Shown here: positions 1 to 9,892 of the stretch, piece by piece
Position numbering within the stretch: the first letter of the stretch is position 1
Layout of the letters: every line of letters begins with the position of its first letter
IMG/VR virus record: IMGVR_UViG_3300010885_055964
Location: 32,001 to 96,000 of that record
From: a virus
DNA: 64,000 nt
Direction: 5' to 3' (one strand)
Position numbers and translations under genes: made by a program
The notes under the pieces: generated by a model
Told to the model about the DNA's origin: nothing
Databases searched by the model: none
The model's input: the letters and a program-made list of their open reading frames with translations, nothing else

Positions 1-1479
1 AGGTCCAATTGCCGTAGCAGGAATCCAATTAAATTTGTGCCTATTGAAATTTCTCTTCTTCACACAGCCTGGTTGAGGTTCCCAGTTTGGTAACTCGAGT
101 TCAGGCACTTCTTCTTGTTGTAGATCTATTCGATAAGATGTGATCTTCTTACATTCGTCCAAAGTCGTTTCTAAAGCTACAAATGTGCTTGTAAAGGCTG
201 GTGCGTCTGATATTATATCAGCATTTGGAGATATGTTTATAAAACGAGCACATATACTTGTGATCAAATCAGAACACAATGTATAAATCACATCATCTTC
301 ACAATCTAACCGCACATTGATTATGGGGCAATCAGCTCTGATGCTTTCAGTATCTATCTCGCAATTAACTAGTCTTATCTTACAATCGCCAGGATCACCA
401 CTTACACCATCAGGCCCTTTTTGCCTTGATTTAATGCCCACTCCTGCCACAAACAATTTATCCCACGAACTGCCTACTGGCAAATAGATAGACCCGCACA
501 CTATATTAGTATTTCGATCATATTTGATAGATTTTAAGGTATTGTCTAATGACAGTTTATCACTGGGTACGTCAGATCTGAAGCTAACTGTTACTTTATT
601 AGGTTCAATAGGATCTATTTCGACTATAACCACAGGTTCTAGCTGTGTGGTGACTTCACCATTCATGACCTTACTTAATTTGATCCCACATAAACTAGAA
701 ACAGATGGCTTAACGCCCATGCTCTGTTGTTGGTAAGCCCATCTAGTTTTCGTAAAATCCTGATATAACTCTGGCCTGCTATCCTTTAAAGGTGCCAAAG
801 TAGCTTCTAAATAAGCTAATTGCAAAGATTCATTCGATTTCTGGGCAGAGATAGTAGATTTAGGAGGATCAATAGCGTAAACTCTAACAGATATTTCAGG
901 CACATGATCATTAGGGAGAGGAACAGGTCCTCCTAGTTTTAAGGGAGTAGGGGTAAATATGGCAAAATCTAATCGATTAGTGTTTATGGTGCTAGGGCTA
1001 TAATAAGGTTCAGGCACTGCATGCCTGCCAGAAGGTCCACGATCTCCAGGATCACCTTGAGGACCCCTGGGGCCAGGACACTTATTTTTAAGCAATATTT
1101 GGTAGATTCTTGCTTTATCGACTTCAATCCTGAGCTGATTTTCGCCTTCGGCTTTGAATTTAATCAGTTTATCACTGGACTTAAAATAATACCAATAAGC
1201 ATCACTACCAGGTAATATCTTTAAAGGACGTAGATCAGGATTATTTTTAGTAAAAGCTTCGAGTTTTAATAATTGGTCATAGATATTAGGAGTAATAATA
1301 CCATCTTTATTTTCACTAACTGTATCAGGTAGAGCAATAGTACCTCTACTAATCCAAGCATCTTGACCGGCGTCATATTGATAACGATTGCCATAAGAAT
1401 CACATATTTCGTCACCATGATTAGCTGATAGGGGAAGGTTATCTATTTTACCAGATTTGCAAAAAGGTTGATTTGACAT
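1..1479 (-). CDS. Cys-rich collagen-repeat structural protein (partial, runs off window start)
   Basis: Not in ORF track. My translation gives an open frame from ATG 1479 (GAGG upstream) to position 1, 493 codons, MSNQPFCKSG..., with Gly-X-Y tracts GPRGPQGDPGDRGPSG and GPDGVSGDPGD. Confidence 0.8.
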   Translation of the reverse strand, partial: MSNQPFCKSGKIDNLPLSANHGDEICDSYGNRYQYDAGQDAWISRGTIALPDTVSENKDGIITPNIYDQLLKLEAFTKNNPDLRPLKILPGSDAYWYYFKSSDKLIKFKAEGENQLRIEVDKARIYQILLKNKCPGPRGPQGDPGDRGPSGRHAVPEPYYSPSTINTNRLDFAIFTPTPLKLGGPVPLPNDHVPEISVRVYAIDPPKSTISAQKSNESLQLAYLEATLAPLKDSRPELYQDFTKTRWAYQQQSMGVKPSVSSLCGIKLSKVMNGEVTTQLEPVVIVEIDPIEPNKVTVSFRSDVPSDKLSLDNTLKSIKYDRNTNIVCGSIYLPVGSSWDKLFVAGVGIKSRQKGPDGVSGDPGDCKIRLVNCEIDTESIRADCPIINVRLDCEDDVIYTLCSDLITSICARFINISPNADIISDAPAFTSTFVALETTLDECKKITSYRIDLQQEEVPELELPNWEPQPGCVKKRNFNRHKFNWIPATAIGP

Positions 1480-1571
1480 AATAACCTCATTATATATTTA
1501 ATTACAATATAATCAGTCGAAAGAAGACAATCAGATAGTCATAATATATGGAAAAGGCTTCCCCGTACTAG

Positions 1572-2145
1572 TTAAAAACCAAAAATCTGATGAACTTTTT
1601 TGGTTTTAATAAGTCGAGACAGGAACTTACTTATAGTTCCTCTTTAACTCCGACACAAGCACCAACTTTGCCTTTTTGGGGAAGTTTCGTTGGTCGAAGT
1701 GTCGTGTCCTTCTCCTGCCCGTGTCACATTCTGCCAAGAATGTCGAACACTCTATCAGTTTCGGTGCCTCAGGAGATTCGAGTTATTTAGATTCTGTCTA
1801 TTACTGTCAGTCCTTACAATCGTACCTTGGCTTTACATGCTAAGAGCTTTGATGCTGGTACTCATGTCGCAAAACTGATAGACCCCAGGTGGAATCTAAA
1901 CTCGTGACTAATCAACAATTTGACCTGAAGCCTATTGCTTCTCTAGTGTCGGGTGATACTTTTAATCTACAACCTCTTGTTGTAATAGCTATGACAGGTG
2001 GCCCATTACGAAACCCGTTCTATTGCTAGAACAAGAACACCCTAAAGAACCTATCATAACCCATTGACAGTCACGATACCAACCTAACAGCAAACAGAGC
2101 TGTTATAAATGACTTGATTGTCATAACGATACTGGGATATCGTTA
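1572..2145 (-). ncRNA. Candidate large structured non-coding RNA
   Basis: No credible ORF in 1480-2167; more than 10 short perfect helices, crossing long-range pairings, and a GCAA tetraloop on the minus strand. Confidence 0.5.
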
Positions 2146-2167
2146 AAAACTCAAATACTTGTAAGAT

Positions 2168-2683
2168 TCACAGTTCTATATAATCTACTTTTGATAACAT
2201 TTCCAAATATTCTTCTGGTATGTTTCTATCATTATTGGTGCTAAATCTCATTAATATACCGTCTTCTTCTCCGAATAAATATTTAGCTATCCCTATAGCC
2301 TTGAACTCATTCTTTTTGAGTAACATGAGCATGGGTAATTTTGTTTCGTTGACCCAAGCATCAATACTACTATTATATATATTATTTAAATCAGTTCGGA
2401 ACATATCTGCTATTAGATATGTTGCTATCTTTTTTCTTCTTTTCTTGGGGTTAACTGTTAGATTAATTATTTGATAATATTTTTCATTCACACTGTAGAA
2501 ATTATATGCTTCAACTTTGTTATTAACTTCAGCTACTTTTGAACTTACATTTTCGTCAAAGAATAGATTAGTTAATGTGTCTATATCCCATGGATGTTGA
2601 TACGATTTGTTTTCTAAATCTAACACTCTATCCACATCAGTATCTACCATCTGCCTCACCGATATATCAATTTTAGCTACCAT
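2168..2683 (-). CDS. GNAT acetyltransferase, RimI-like
   Basis: VRQMVDTDVDRVLDLENKSYQHPW, acetyl-CoA motif NLTVNPKKRRKKIA, WVNETKLPMLMLLKKNEF; GGAGG RBS. Confidence 0.75.
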   Translation of the reverse strand: MVAKIDISVRQMVDTDVDRVLDLENKSYQHPWDIDTLTNLFFDENVSSKVAEVNNKVEAYNFYSVNEKYYQIINLTVNPKKRRKKIATYLIADMFRTDLNNIYNSSIDAWVNETKLPMLMLLKKNEFKAIGIAKYLFGEEDGILMRFSTNNDRNIPEEYLEMLSKVDYIEL

Positions 2684-2765
2684 TGATATACCTCCTGTTT
2701 ATTTTATATTTTCATATTTCTTATCTCCAGATATATCTATTATATATTACGGGAAAACATATGCA

Positions 2766-3881
2766 TCATACTTCTTCGGTTGATTCCAAAGAATATATCT
2801 CGTCACCTTCATGTACCACTTCAGAGTTACACCTTGTTAGGATTGCTATATCTAAATCTTTGATATTATTACTGTCATCTCTTATCCATGCAGCGAACAT
2901 ATCATTGTTAGTAGTTGGTATATGAGATTGCTTATCCGATTCTTTAGATATTTTTACCTGCTTATTGTATAAATCCATCCATCTAACACTATTAGCCCCT
3001 AGAGCTAATATTCTTGTTTTTAAATCATTCTTTTCATTAGGAGTATATTCTCTTTGTAATGCGATTCTTACTATACAATTTTGGATATCTTGTTGTGTTT
3101 TATTATCTATTTCTGTGTCTAATATGGTTGTGAACTGTGGAGGAGCAGTTAGTTCTGGGAAGAATTTTTCACCAGCTCTCCATATATTAATGAATTTATG
3201 TGTGTCTGCCTCTGTATCGTAAACATAGAATCCATGTGGTACGTCCCCCTCATCGAATTTAAAAGGAATTGGGGAACCTGGATACCATACATTATCTCCT
3301 ATCTGTTGCTTACTATGGAAATGTCCAGTATAAATCCTATGAAATGGCATACCTTCGAAAGATACTATAGACCAATCTTTGATCAAGAAACAGGTATTAA
3401 GTGTAGCGCTGCGAACTCCAATATGTGTGAGTAGATTATCTGTAGGTAAAAATGATGGATGCTTGATGATCGATTTAATAACTTTCATATATGTCTTTTC
3501 GTACGTTATGAATGGCACTATCCAAAATCTGGTACCTTGTATTTCTAAGATGCATATGTCTTCTATTACAGTTAGATGTTTACGTAATGGCGAAAGGCTA
3601 TTGATTTCCCAAGAATGTCTTAAGAACATATCATGGTTACCAGGAAACACGACCCATTGTTGATTATATTGTTCTTTGGTTTGCTCGAAGAAAGCACAGA
3701 CCTTGGAATTGATATCTATTTCTATCGATTGTCTATTATGATATAGGTCACCTAGAACTATGATGGTATCTATGCCAAAAACTCGGCAATATTCTCTGAT
3801 TACTCGGCAAGCCCACAATATATCATCTGTACGGCCAGGCACACCAAAATGAATATCTGCTGTGATACATATCTTTGCCAT
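2766..3881 (-). CDS. Mre11/SbcD/T4 gp47-like metallophosphoesterase nuclease
   Basis: Motifs ADIHFG, LGDLYH, GNHD, TGHFH, YPGSP. Confidence 0.9.
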   Translation of the reverse strand: MAKICITADIHFGVPGRTDDILWACRVIREYCRVFGIDTIIVLGDLYHNRQSIEIDINSKVCAFFEQTKEQYNQQWVVFPGNHDMFLRHSWEINSLSPLRKHLTVIEDICILEIQGTRFWIVPFITYEKTYMKVIKSIIKHPSFLPTDNLLTHIGVRSATLNTCFLIKDWSIVSFEGMPFHRIYTGHFHSKQQIGDNVWYPGSPIPFKFDEGDVPHGFYVYDTEADTHKFINIWRAGEKFFPELTAPPQFTTILDTEIDNKTQQDIQNCIVRIALQREYTPNEKNDLKTRILALGANSVRWMDLYNKQVKISKESDKQSHIPTTNNDMFAAWIRDDSNNIKDLDIAILTRCNSEVVHEGDEIYSLESTEEV

Positions 3882-3945
3882 TTTTACTCCTCTATATTGA
3901 TAGGATGACTTTAATTAATTCTAATACATGTAGGCTCTGGATATA

Positions 3946-5013
3946 GTGATACACAATATGCCAATAAATAAATTAACTATAAAAGATAGAAAAACTATTT
4001 ATAGTTACGTGGAGATATTTAATACCTTATATGAGGATTTTGGAATTAAATTGTTCGCTATTGGTGGGACATTATTAGGTGCGATGCGAGAACATGACGT
4101 GATTGAATGGGATGATGATATAGATTATGGTTTGTGTGTAGATGATTTTAAGAAGATGTACGATACGAAGCTTATAAGATTTTTAAATGACAGAGGGTTG
4201 GTCTTATTTAAAAAGAAAGGAATCAAATATGACCACATTTGGCATTTGTTTAAAACAAATACGGGCTTTAGACAAGACGATGTGATAAACATAACCCATT
4301 CCGATTACCATAATATAATGGGTCACAGGCATGGCGATGTGATACCTGAGAATAATATCTGTGCTGATATGTTTGGGTATCAATTATATGATGGTCGATA
4401 TTACTTAAAAAGGGATGGAAAGTACATTCAACCTATATCCTCGAGTGCTATTGAACATGATTTGGTCAAATACCAATTTGGTAAAACTAATATTTTTTCT
4501 ATATGTGAGCCTACGGTTTATCTTACCACTACTTATGGTCCTGATTGGATGACTCCCAAGGCACACCAAGTACATCGCAAACATTTTATAAGAGATAACG
4601 TTGATATAATATATATTATTGGTGTCTTCGACGTGTTGCATTCCGGTCATTATAATTTGTTTCATAGATGCAAATCTTCGAATTGTAAGATAATTATAGG
4701 CGTGTGCTCAGATAGGTTGGTACGATTGACAAAAGGACTTGAATGCTTATTTGATCAACAGCTCAGATCTAGCATGATTGAGCGATTGGACATTGTACAA
4801 CAAGTAATAATATATGATGAAATGGATCAGTCTATTAATCTGATAAGACACAATGTGGATGTCTTTGTAGTCCCGCCTGATTATGGTAGTTTAGAGGGCC
4901 ACGCTCAAGGCTTGTTATTGTGTGATAGGTTAGGAATCAAGGTGCAAAGATTACCGAGAACCAATGGGATTAGTAGCTCGCATATCAAAGAAGCGATAAG
5001 AAAGTCGATGTAG
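3946..5013 (+). CDS. LicD-family phosphotransferase fused to a cytidylyltransferase
   Basis: N-terminal GGTLLGAMRE...WDDDIDYG; C-terminal GVFDVLHSGH (HxGH) and RTNGISSSHIK. Confidence 0.85.
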   Translation: MIHNMPINKLTIKDRKTIYSYVEIFNTLYEDFGIKLFAIGGTLLGAMREHDVIEWDDDIDYGLCVDDFKKMYDTKLIRFLNDRGLVLFKKKGIKYDHIWHLFKTNTGFRQDDVINITHSDYHNIMGHRHGDVIPENNICADMFGYQLYDGRYYLKRDGKYIQPISSSAIEHDLVKYQFGKTNIFSICEPTVYLTTTYGPDWMTPKAHQVHRKHFIRDNVDIIYIIGVFDVLHSGHYNLFHRCKSSNCKIIIGVCSDRLVRLTKGLECLFDQQLRSSMIERLDIVQQVIIYDEMDQSINLIRHNVDVFVVPPDYGSLEGHAQGLLLCDRLGIKVQRLPRTNGISSSHIKEAIRKSM

Positions 5014-5015
5014 TA

Positions 5016-5666
5016 ATGACTAAAGATCAGATCAACTTAGAGACAGTAGCCCGTCTTTTTTGGCAATCTAGGTCTACATATCCTAACTATGGGTTTATTA
5101 AGAGAAGAAGGTTTTATGAGGTGTCATATATTCTTGAGAAAGTAAGCTTTAAGCGTATCGATAAATTAGTAGATTTAGGTTGTGGTGATGGTGGTTTGGT
5201 TAAATGCTTAGATAACTTTTTAGATATCGGCCACATATATTGTTATGACTATTCTGTTTCTCTGATGGATAATATATATGATCCTAAAATCGACAAGCAT
5301 CTATTCGACATAAATGATTTTGCTTATTATAGGAATCTACCCAAGTGTGATTTATTAGTGTTCGGGGGCGTTCTTAATTTCATGTTTGATGATCGTGTGG
5401 CCGTACATTTGTTGGCTCATTTCGATGCTGAGCATATTTTTATCAGGTGTCCTTGTACACAAAAGCCAGATGATGAGGTGGTTAATGTATTCAGTGACCA
5501 ATTGAATTCTTACTACTCGAGCGTGTATAGGACAGTAAAAAATACTATACGATTAATTGAGCAATCTGGCTTGACGATAAATCAGTGTGTCAGAATTTAT
5601 CCTGATGATATAGAGAGCAGCTTTGGTACTAAGCAACAGATGTTTTACTGCACCAGAAAAGGGTAA
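5016..5666 (+). CDS. Class I SAM-dependent methyltransferase
   Basis: VDLGCGDGG motif I, CYDYS motif II. Confidence 0.75.
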   Translation: MTKDQINLETVARLFWQSRSTYPNYGFIKRRRFYEVSYILEKVSFKRIDKLVDLGCGDGGLVKCLDNFLDIGHIYCYDYSVSLMDNIYDPKIDKHLFDINDFAYYRNLPKCDLLVFGGVLNFMFDDRVAVHLLAHFDAEHIFIRCPCTQKPDDEVVNVFSDQLNSYYSSVYRTVKNTIRLIEQSGLTINQCVRIYPDDIESSFGTKQQMFYCTRKG

Positions 5667-5671
5667 ATTAA

Positions 5672-6160
5672 ATGTTTAATGCCGCACTAATATCTTTAAC
5701 AGGCGGGCAGTCATACAAGTCAGTCGAAATATGTGAGTTTAAAGATTTTGATAAGTTGGGTATCCAACCAATATTAGGTCAAAGTACTTCTTGTTTTTAC
5801 AGTGACCGCAAATGTATTGTATTGCATAATTGGTCTATTGCTTTGATTCATTTAAATAAAGATCATATCAAGTCTGGTATATATATAAATAGGTTGATTT
5901 TGTCAGGTGGTATTTCTTTTTCTGATGTTACGTTGATAGACCAATCTAGATTAGGTGATCTGAATATTCCTGATTATTTTAATAATGAACAAAACCAATT
6001 CACATTTTCGCACAGAGAAGGAACGTTTTTGACCAATTCTAATCATGTGATCACGGCGGATATGCCTAATAATAGATTTGTTGGATTGACTAAGAAGTTC
6101 AGTTATAGCCAGAAAACCGTCAAGCAGAGTATACAACCTAGAATCAATAATGCTAAATAG
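5672..6160 (+). CDS. Hypothetical protein
   Basis: 162-aa ORF in operon context. Confidence 0.6.
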   Translation: MFNAALISLTGGQSYKSVEICEFKDFDKLGIQPILGQSTSCFYSDRKCIVLHNWSIALIHLNKDHIKSGIYINRLILSGGISFSDVTLIDQSRLGDLNIPDYFNNEQNQFTFSHREGTFLTNSNHVITADMPNNRFVGLTKKFSYSQKTVKQSIQPRINNAK

Positions 6161-6203
6161 ATTAGGTCGATTGCCACATATTACGTGTATTTGACATAAA
6201 CAC

Positions 6204-6254
6204 ACCCGTCGTACCTCTCCCATCTACGGAAGGTGACGTACATCAAGGACGGGT
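6204..6254 (+). promoter_or_regulatory. Stem-loop in helicase 5' leader
   Basis: ACCCGTC 6204-6210 pairs with GACGGGT 6248-6254; inner ACCT/AGGT and TCC/GGA. Confidence 0.35.
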
Positions 6255-6282
6255 TTATATTCTCGATTAATAGGACCATTTC

Positions 6283-8001
6283 ATGTTACAGCTTGATTGT
6301 ATAGACCAGCACTTTCCAAAGGCTACTTATCGAGAAGGTCAGAAGGAATCTATACAGTTCGCTGTTGAAGCTTTCAATTCTGGTAAAAAGGTAGTCATAC
6401 TCGAATGCCCAACTGGCAGTGGTAAGTCAGCTATAGGCATGACTTTAGCTAATATGTTTGGAAACAGCTACTATTTAACCATAACTAAAATATTACAGGA
6501 TCAGTTAGTCGATGACTTTGGTGATGCTATTGTGGAACTTAAAGGAAGAAATGCTTATCCTTGCACATTCTATGACAGATATGGTGCCAAGCTAGTAGAA
6601 AGAAAACTGTGGTCGACAGATCAACTAGATAGACTTAGAGATAAAGCTAATTGTTCGAGTGGATTTTGTCGCACTAAATTCAACCAAGGTGATGATAAGT
6701 TCAAATGCAGTAAGTGTTTTTTGGAATCAGGTGTAGACGGTAACCCAAAGCCAAAAGGTGAATTAAAACAGCTACCAGTTGGCATGCAATATAGTGCGTG
6801 TCCTTACTATGAACAAGTTTACAAGGCGATCCGCTCTAGCAGAGTGGTTATGAACTTCTCTAGCTTTTTATTTCAGACTCAGATGACCAAGAGGTTCGAT
6901 CTACCTAGAGATTTAATGATTATAGATGAATGTCATAATATTGAACCACAGTTACTAGAGTTCGTTAGTTTTAGCATTAATGATCAGCATTTAAGCACAG
7001 CTGGTATTCAAATTCCGGAATTAGATACGGCTAAAGAATATAGAGATTGGATGTTAGAAGCTAGCATCAAAGAAGTCTTATTTGATCGTATCAAATTAGC
7101 TTCTAGCCAAGGTGACGCAAAATTAGAAGATGATTTATCTAGATCGCTCAAAAAGTACCAGATGTTTATTGATAATATGCAGGAAGAAGATGCAGAATGG
7201 ATATGTGAATACGAGCAAGTCGGCAGCCATGTATCAGCTTATCGTAAGGTAACTCTTAAGCCTGTCTTTGTAAAGAAATTCGTTCATAAGTTACTATTCA
7301 AGTATGCTACTAATATTTTAATGATGAGTGCTACAGTGTTGGATGTGAATGTTATGTGTGGTGCGTTGGGTATAGATAGAGAACATGTGGCTGCTTACCG
7401 CGTTAAGAATAGGTTTCCTAAAGCTAATAGACCAATATTTCTTCAAACTGTTGCTAAGATGACTGGTGGTAAGCAAAGGATGGCAGAGTGGGGTCCGCCT
7501 TTACTAAAGAAAGTGGTAGAAATAGTACGCAAGCACCAGGGCCAGAAGGGTATTATACATACGCATAATTTCGCTATCATGGATATTATATTAAATAAGA
7601 GTGACCCTGATGTGCGAAAGAGATTTCTGGATCAGCGAGATTTTAAAGACAAGAAAGAATTAATACAATACCACAGTCAGTCAAAGCAAGACACTGTGCT
7701 TGTAGCCCCAGCAATGCACGAAGGAGTAGATCTAATAGGAGATCTAAGTAGATTCCAAATAATATGCAAGGTTCCTTATCCTAATTGCTTTGATGATAAG
7801 CAATTAGCACGTAGGGTAGAATTAGATAGAAAGTATTACACTTGGTTGACTACATTAAAGCTAATTCAATCTTATGGCCGATCGATTAGAAGTGTAGAAG
7901 ATCGTGCCGATACATACATTTTAGATGAGTCAATTTACAAACTACTCAAGGACGCGGGTAAGATGATTCCCGCTTGGTTCACCGAAGCCATAGTGGAATA
8001 A
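6283..8001 (+). CDS. DinG/XPD-family (Fe-S) SF2 helicase
   Basis: CPTGSGKS, DECH, Cys cluster between motifs I and II, QSYGRSIRS. Confidence 0.88.
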   Translation: MLQLDCIDQHFPKATYREGQKESIQFAVEAFNSGKKVVILECPTGSGKSAIGMTLANMFGNSYYLTITKILQDQLVDDFGDAIVELKGRNAYPCTFYDRYGAKLVERKLWSTDQLDRLRDKANCSSGFCRTKFNQGDDKFKCSKCFLESGVDGNPKPKGELKQLPVGMQYSACPYYEQVYKAIRSSRVVMNFSSFLFQTQMTKRFDLPRDLMIIDECHNIEPQLLEFVSFSINDQHLSTAGIQIPELDTAKEYRDWMLEASIKEVLFDRIKLASSQGDAKLEDDLSRSLKKYQMFIDNMQEEDAEWICEYEQVGSHVSAYRKVTLKPVFVKKFVHKLLFKYATNILMMSATVLDVNVMCGALGIDREHVAAYRVKNRFPKANRPIFLQTVAKMTGGKQRMAEWGPPLLKKVVEIVRKHQGQKGIIHTHNFAIMDIILNKSDPDVRKRFLDQRDFKDKKELIQYHSQSKQDTVLVAPAMHEGVDLIGDLSRFQIICKVPYPNCFDDKQLARRVELDRKYYTWLTTLKLIQSYGRSIRSVEDRADTYILDESIYKLLKDAGKMIPAWFTEAIVE

Positions 8002-8002
8002 A

Positions 8003-9835
8003 ATGTTAGAAATCAAAAGTGTCGAATGGCGTAACTTTATGTCTTACGGTGATTACGATACCGTTATAGACATAGATACTTTAGGACAATGCTTAATAAC
8101 TGGTGAAGTAATTGGCCAAGATAAATTGGTATATGACGAAAGTAATATCATCAAGAAATCGAATGGTGCGGGTAAGTCTACTATTCCGAATGTTATATTA
8201 TGGACTCTGTTTGGTCGCACTATGCATTCTCATAACCCAGGCGACAAAGTAATCAATTGGTTTACTGGCTCTGATTGCAGATGCAAAGTCACATTCACCA
8301 ATGGCGATTACATCATTCGGACAAGGAAATCCGATGGTAAAAACGAATTAGCTTTGGTTAAGGATGGAGATGAAACCAATCTGGTTTCAGATACGCTTTC
8401 TACTCTTAAAAATCAACAGAAGTTGATTAATCAAATATTCGATCTTGATTGGGAGTTATTATGTGGTTCCATGTTCTTCAATCAATATAGTAAACCATGG
8501 ATGGAAATGGCTGATTCTACTAGGAAGAAAGCAATTGAGAGAGCTTTACATGTAGATAGATTTGAATATAGAGCTAAAGTAGCAAAGAATAAAAAAGACT
8601 ATTTAGACAACCAAGTAGAATCCAAAAAACGAGAAATAGATGACCTCAATAGGGAGACTGACCGATTATCACAGGAGCTTATTAGAGTTAAGCAAGCTTG
8701 CGAGAGCTTTGATACGAGTAGAAGTGAGCGGAAACAAAAAGCTTTGGAAAATGCAGCATTAGCACAGAAGAATAGAGACGATATAACCAAACCCGATTTG
8801 GAAAAATTAAGAGCCAAGTGGGACATAGTCAAAAAAGTCCGTGAAAAAATCCAGATTATGCAGGATCAGGCTAATGATCTGTCTAGATCTATAGCTACAT
8901 TAGAAGGATCGGTTTCAAGCGATAGACAAAAAATATCTTTATGGCGTTCTAAAGCTGGAAAGATATGCAGCAGCTGTGAGCAGTCTGTGCCCGACGGCCA
9001 TACCCATGACAAGATCAAGCCTTATGAAGACCATTTAGCTGAAACGTTATCCAAGATAACTGAGAAGCAGGAGTCTGCCACTCAAGTAGCTGCAATGATG
9101 GATAAGGCTAAGCAGTTATTAAAGGATAAAACTCCTGATATGACTATGAGCGATGCTGCTTCTATTATTGACAGATGGAACATACAAGATAAAGACATAC
9201 AGAGATACCTTGATCTTGCCAAGGAGATACAGACAGAAGACAATCCGCACCAAAAGTCTATTAATAACGTTGAGCTGCTTATACAAAAAATAACCGTTAA
9301 ATTAGCTGAAGCTCATAGTGAAATAGAAAAATTAGATTATCTTAATAGGCATTACCATTATGTGTACAAGGCGTGGAGCGATCGTACCAAAATTAAGAGC
9401 TTTGTGTTTAAAGAGCATATACCTTATATCAATGAGAGGCTCAAGCATTATTTGAATGTTTTTGGTTTAGACATACAGATCGAATTAACTGCAGCATTGG
9501 GTATCAGTAGTAACCTATGGGGATACGAGTTTGAGTCAGGTGGTGAACGTAAAAGAACTGACGTTGCTTTTATGCTTTCGATGTTTGACTTTCACGAGCA
9601 GATGTATGGCCGTCAATCGAACTTATTGGTGTTAGATGAGGTCGACGGCAGGTTAGATGACGATGGTATAGATTCTCTAATCAATATCATCAAGAATGAC
9701 CTGGCACCCAAGGTAGAATCGGTGTTGATCATATCACATAGAAATATGATGCATGACACTTTTGCCAGAGAACTAGTGGTTAAACGTGAGGGGGCTGATG
9801 ATTTTAGAGGTTTTTCTCGTTTAGAACTGGTATAA
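8003..9835 (+). CDS. Rad50/SbcC/T4 gp46-like ABC ATPase
   Basis: Walker A NGAGKST, coiled coil with CSSC zinc hook, signature ESGGE, Walker B VLDE, ISH. Confidence 0.92.
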   Translation: MLEIKSVEWRNFMSYGDYDTVIDIDTLGQCLITGEVIGQDKLVYDESNIIKKSNGAGKSTIPNVILWTLFGRTMHSHNPGDKVINWFTGSDCRCKVTFTNGDYIIRTRKSDGKNELALVKDGDETNLVSDTLSTLKNQQKLINQIFDLDWELLCGSMFFNQYSKPWMEMADSTRKKAIERALHVDRFEYRAKVAKNKKDYLDNQVESKKREIDDLNRETDRLSQELIRVKQACESFDTSRSERKQKALENAALAQKNRDDITKPDLEKLRAKWDIVKKVREKIQIMQDQANDLSRSIATLEGSVSSDRQKISLWRSKAGKICSSCEQSVPDGHTHDKIKPYEDHLAETLSKITEKQESATQVAAMMDKAKQLLKDKTPDMTMSDAASIIDRWNIQDKDIQRYLDLAKEIQTEDNPHQKSINNVELLIQKITVKLAEAHSEIEKLDYLNRHYHYVYKAWSDRTKIKSFVFKEHIPYINERLKHYLNVFGLDIQIELTAALGISSNLWGYEFESGGERKRTDVAFMLSMFDFHEQMYGRQSNLLVLDEVDGRLDDDGIDSLINIIKNDLAPKVESVLIISHRNMMHDTFARELVVKREGADDFRGFSRLELV

Positions 9836-9838
9836 ATA
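9831..9838 (+). promoter_or_regulatory. TATAAATA T4-late-promoter-like element
   Basis: Exact match upstream of ORF 9893; AT-rich background limits significance. Confidence 0.3.
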
Positions 9839-9892
9839 TATCTTTTAGCATATTACTAACCAAATATATATTGATAGAAATAGGAGCCAAAG

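Noticed and set aside
524-1215. Plus-strand ORFs 524-736 and 1021-1215 in the ORF track
   Set aside because: They are antisense shadows of the long minus-strand CDS 1479 to <1, which the track missed because its stop is outside the window
1590-1878. Short plus-strand ORFs in the structured gap
   Set aside because: No RBS, no recognisable motifs, two overlapping frames; RNA or DNA structure explains the region better
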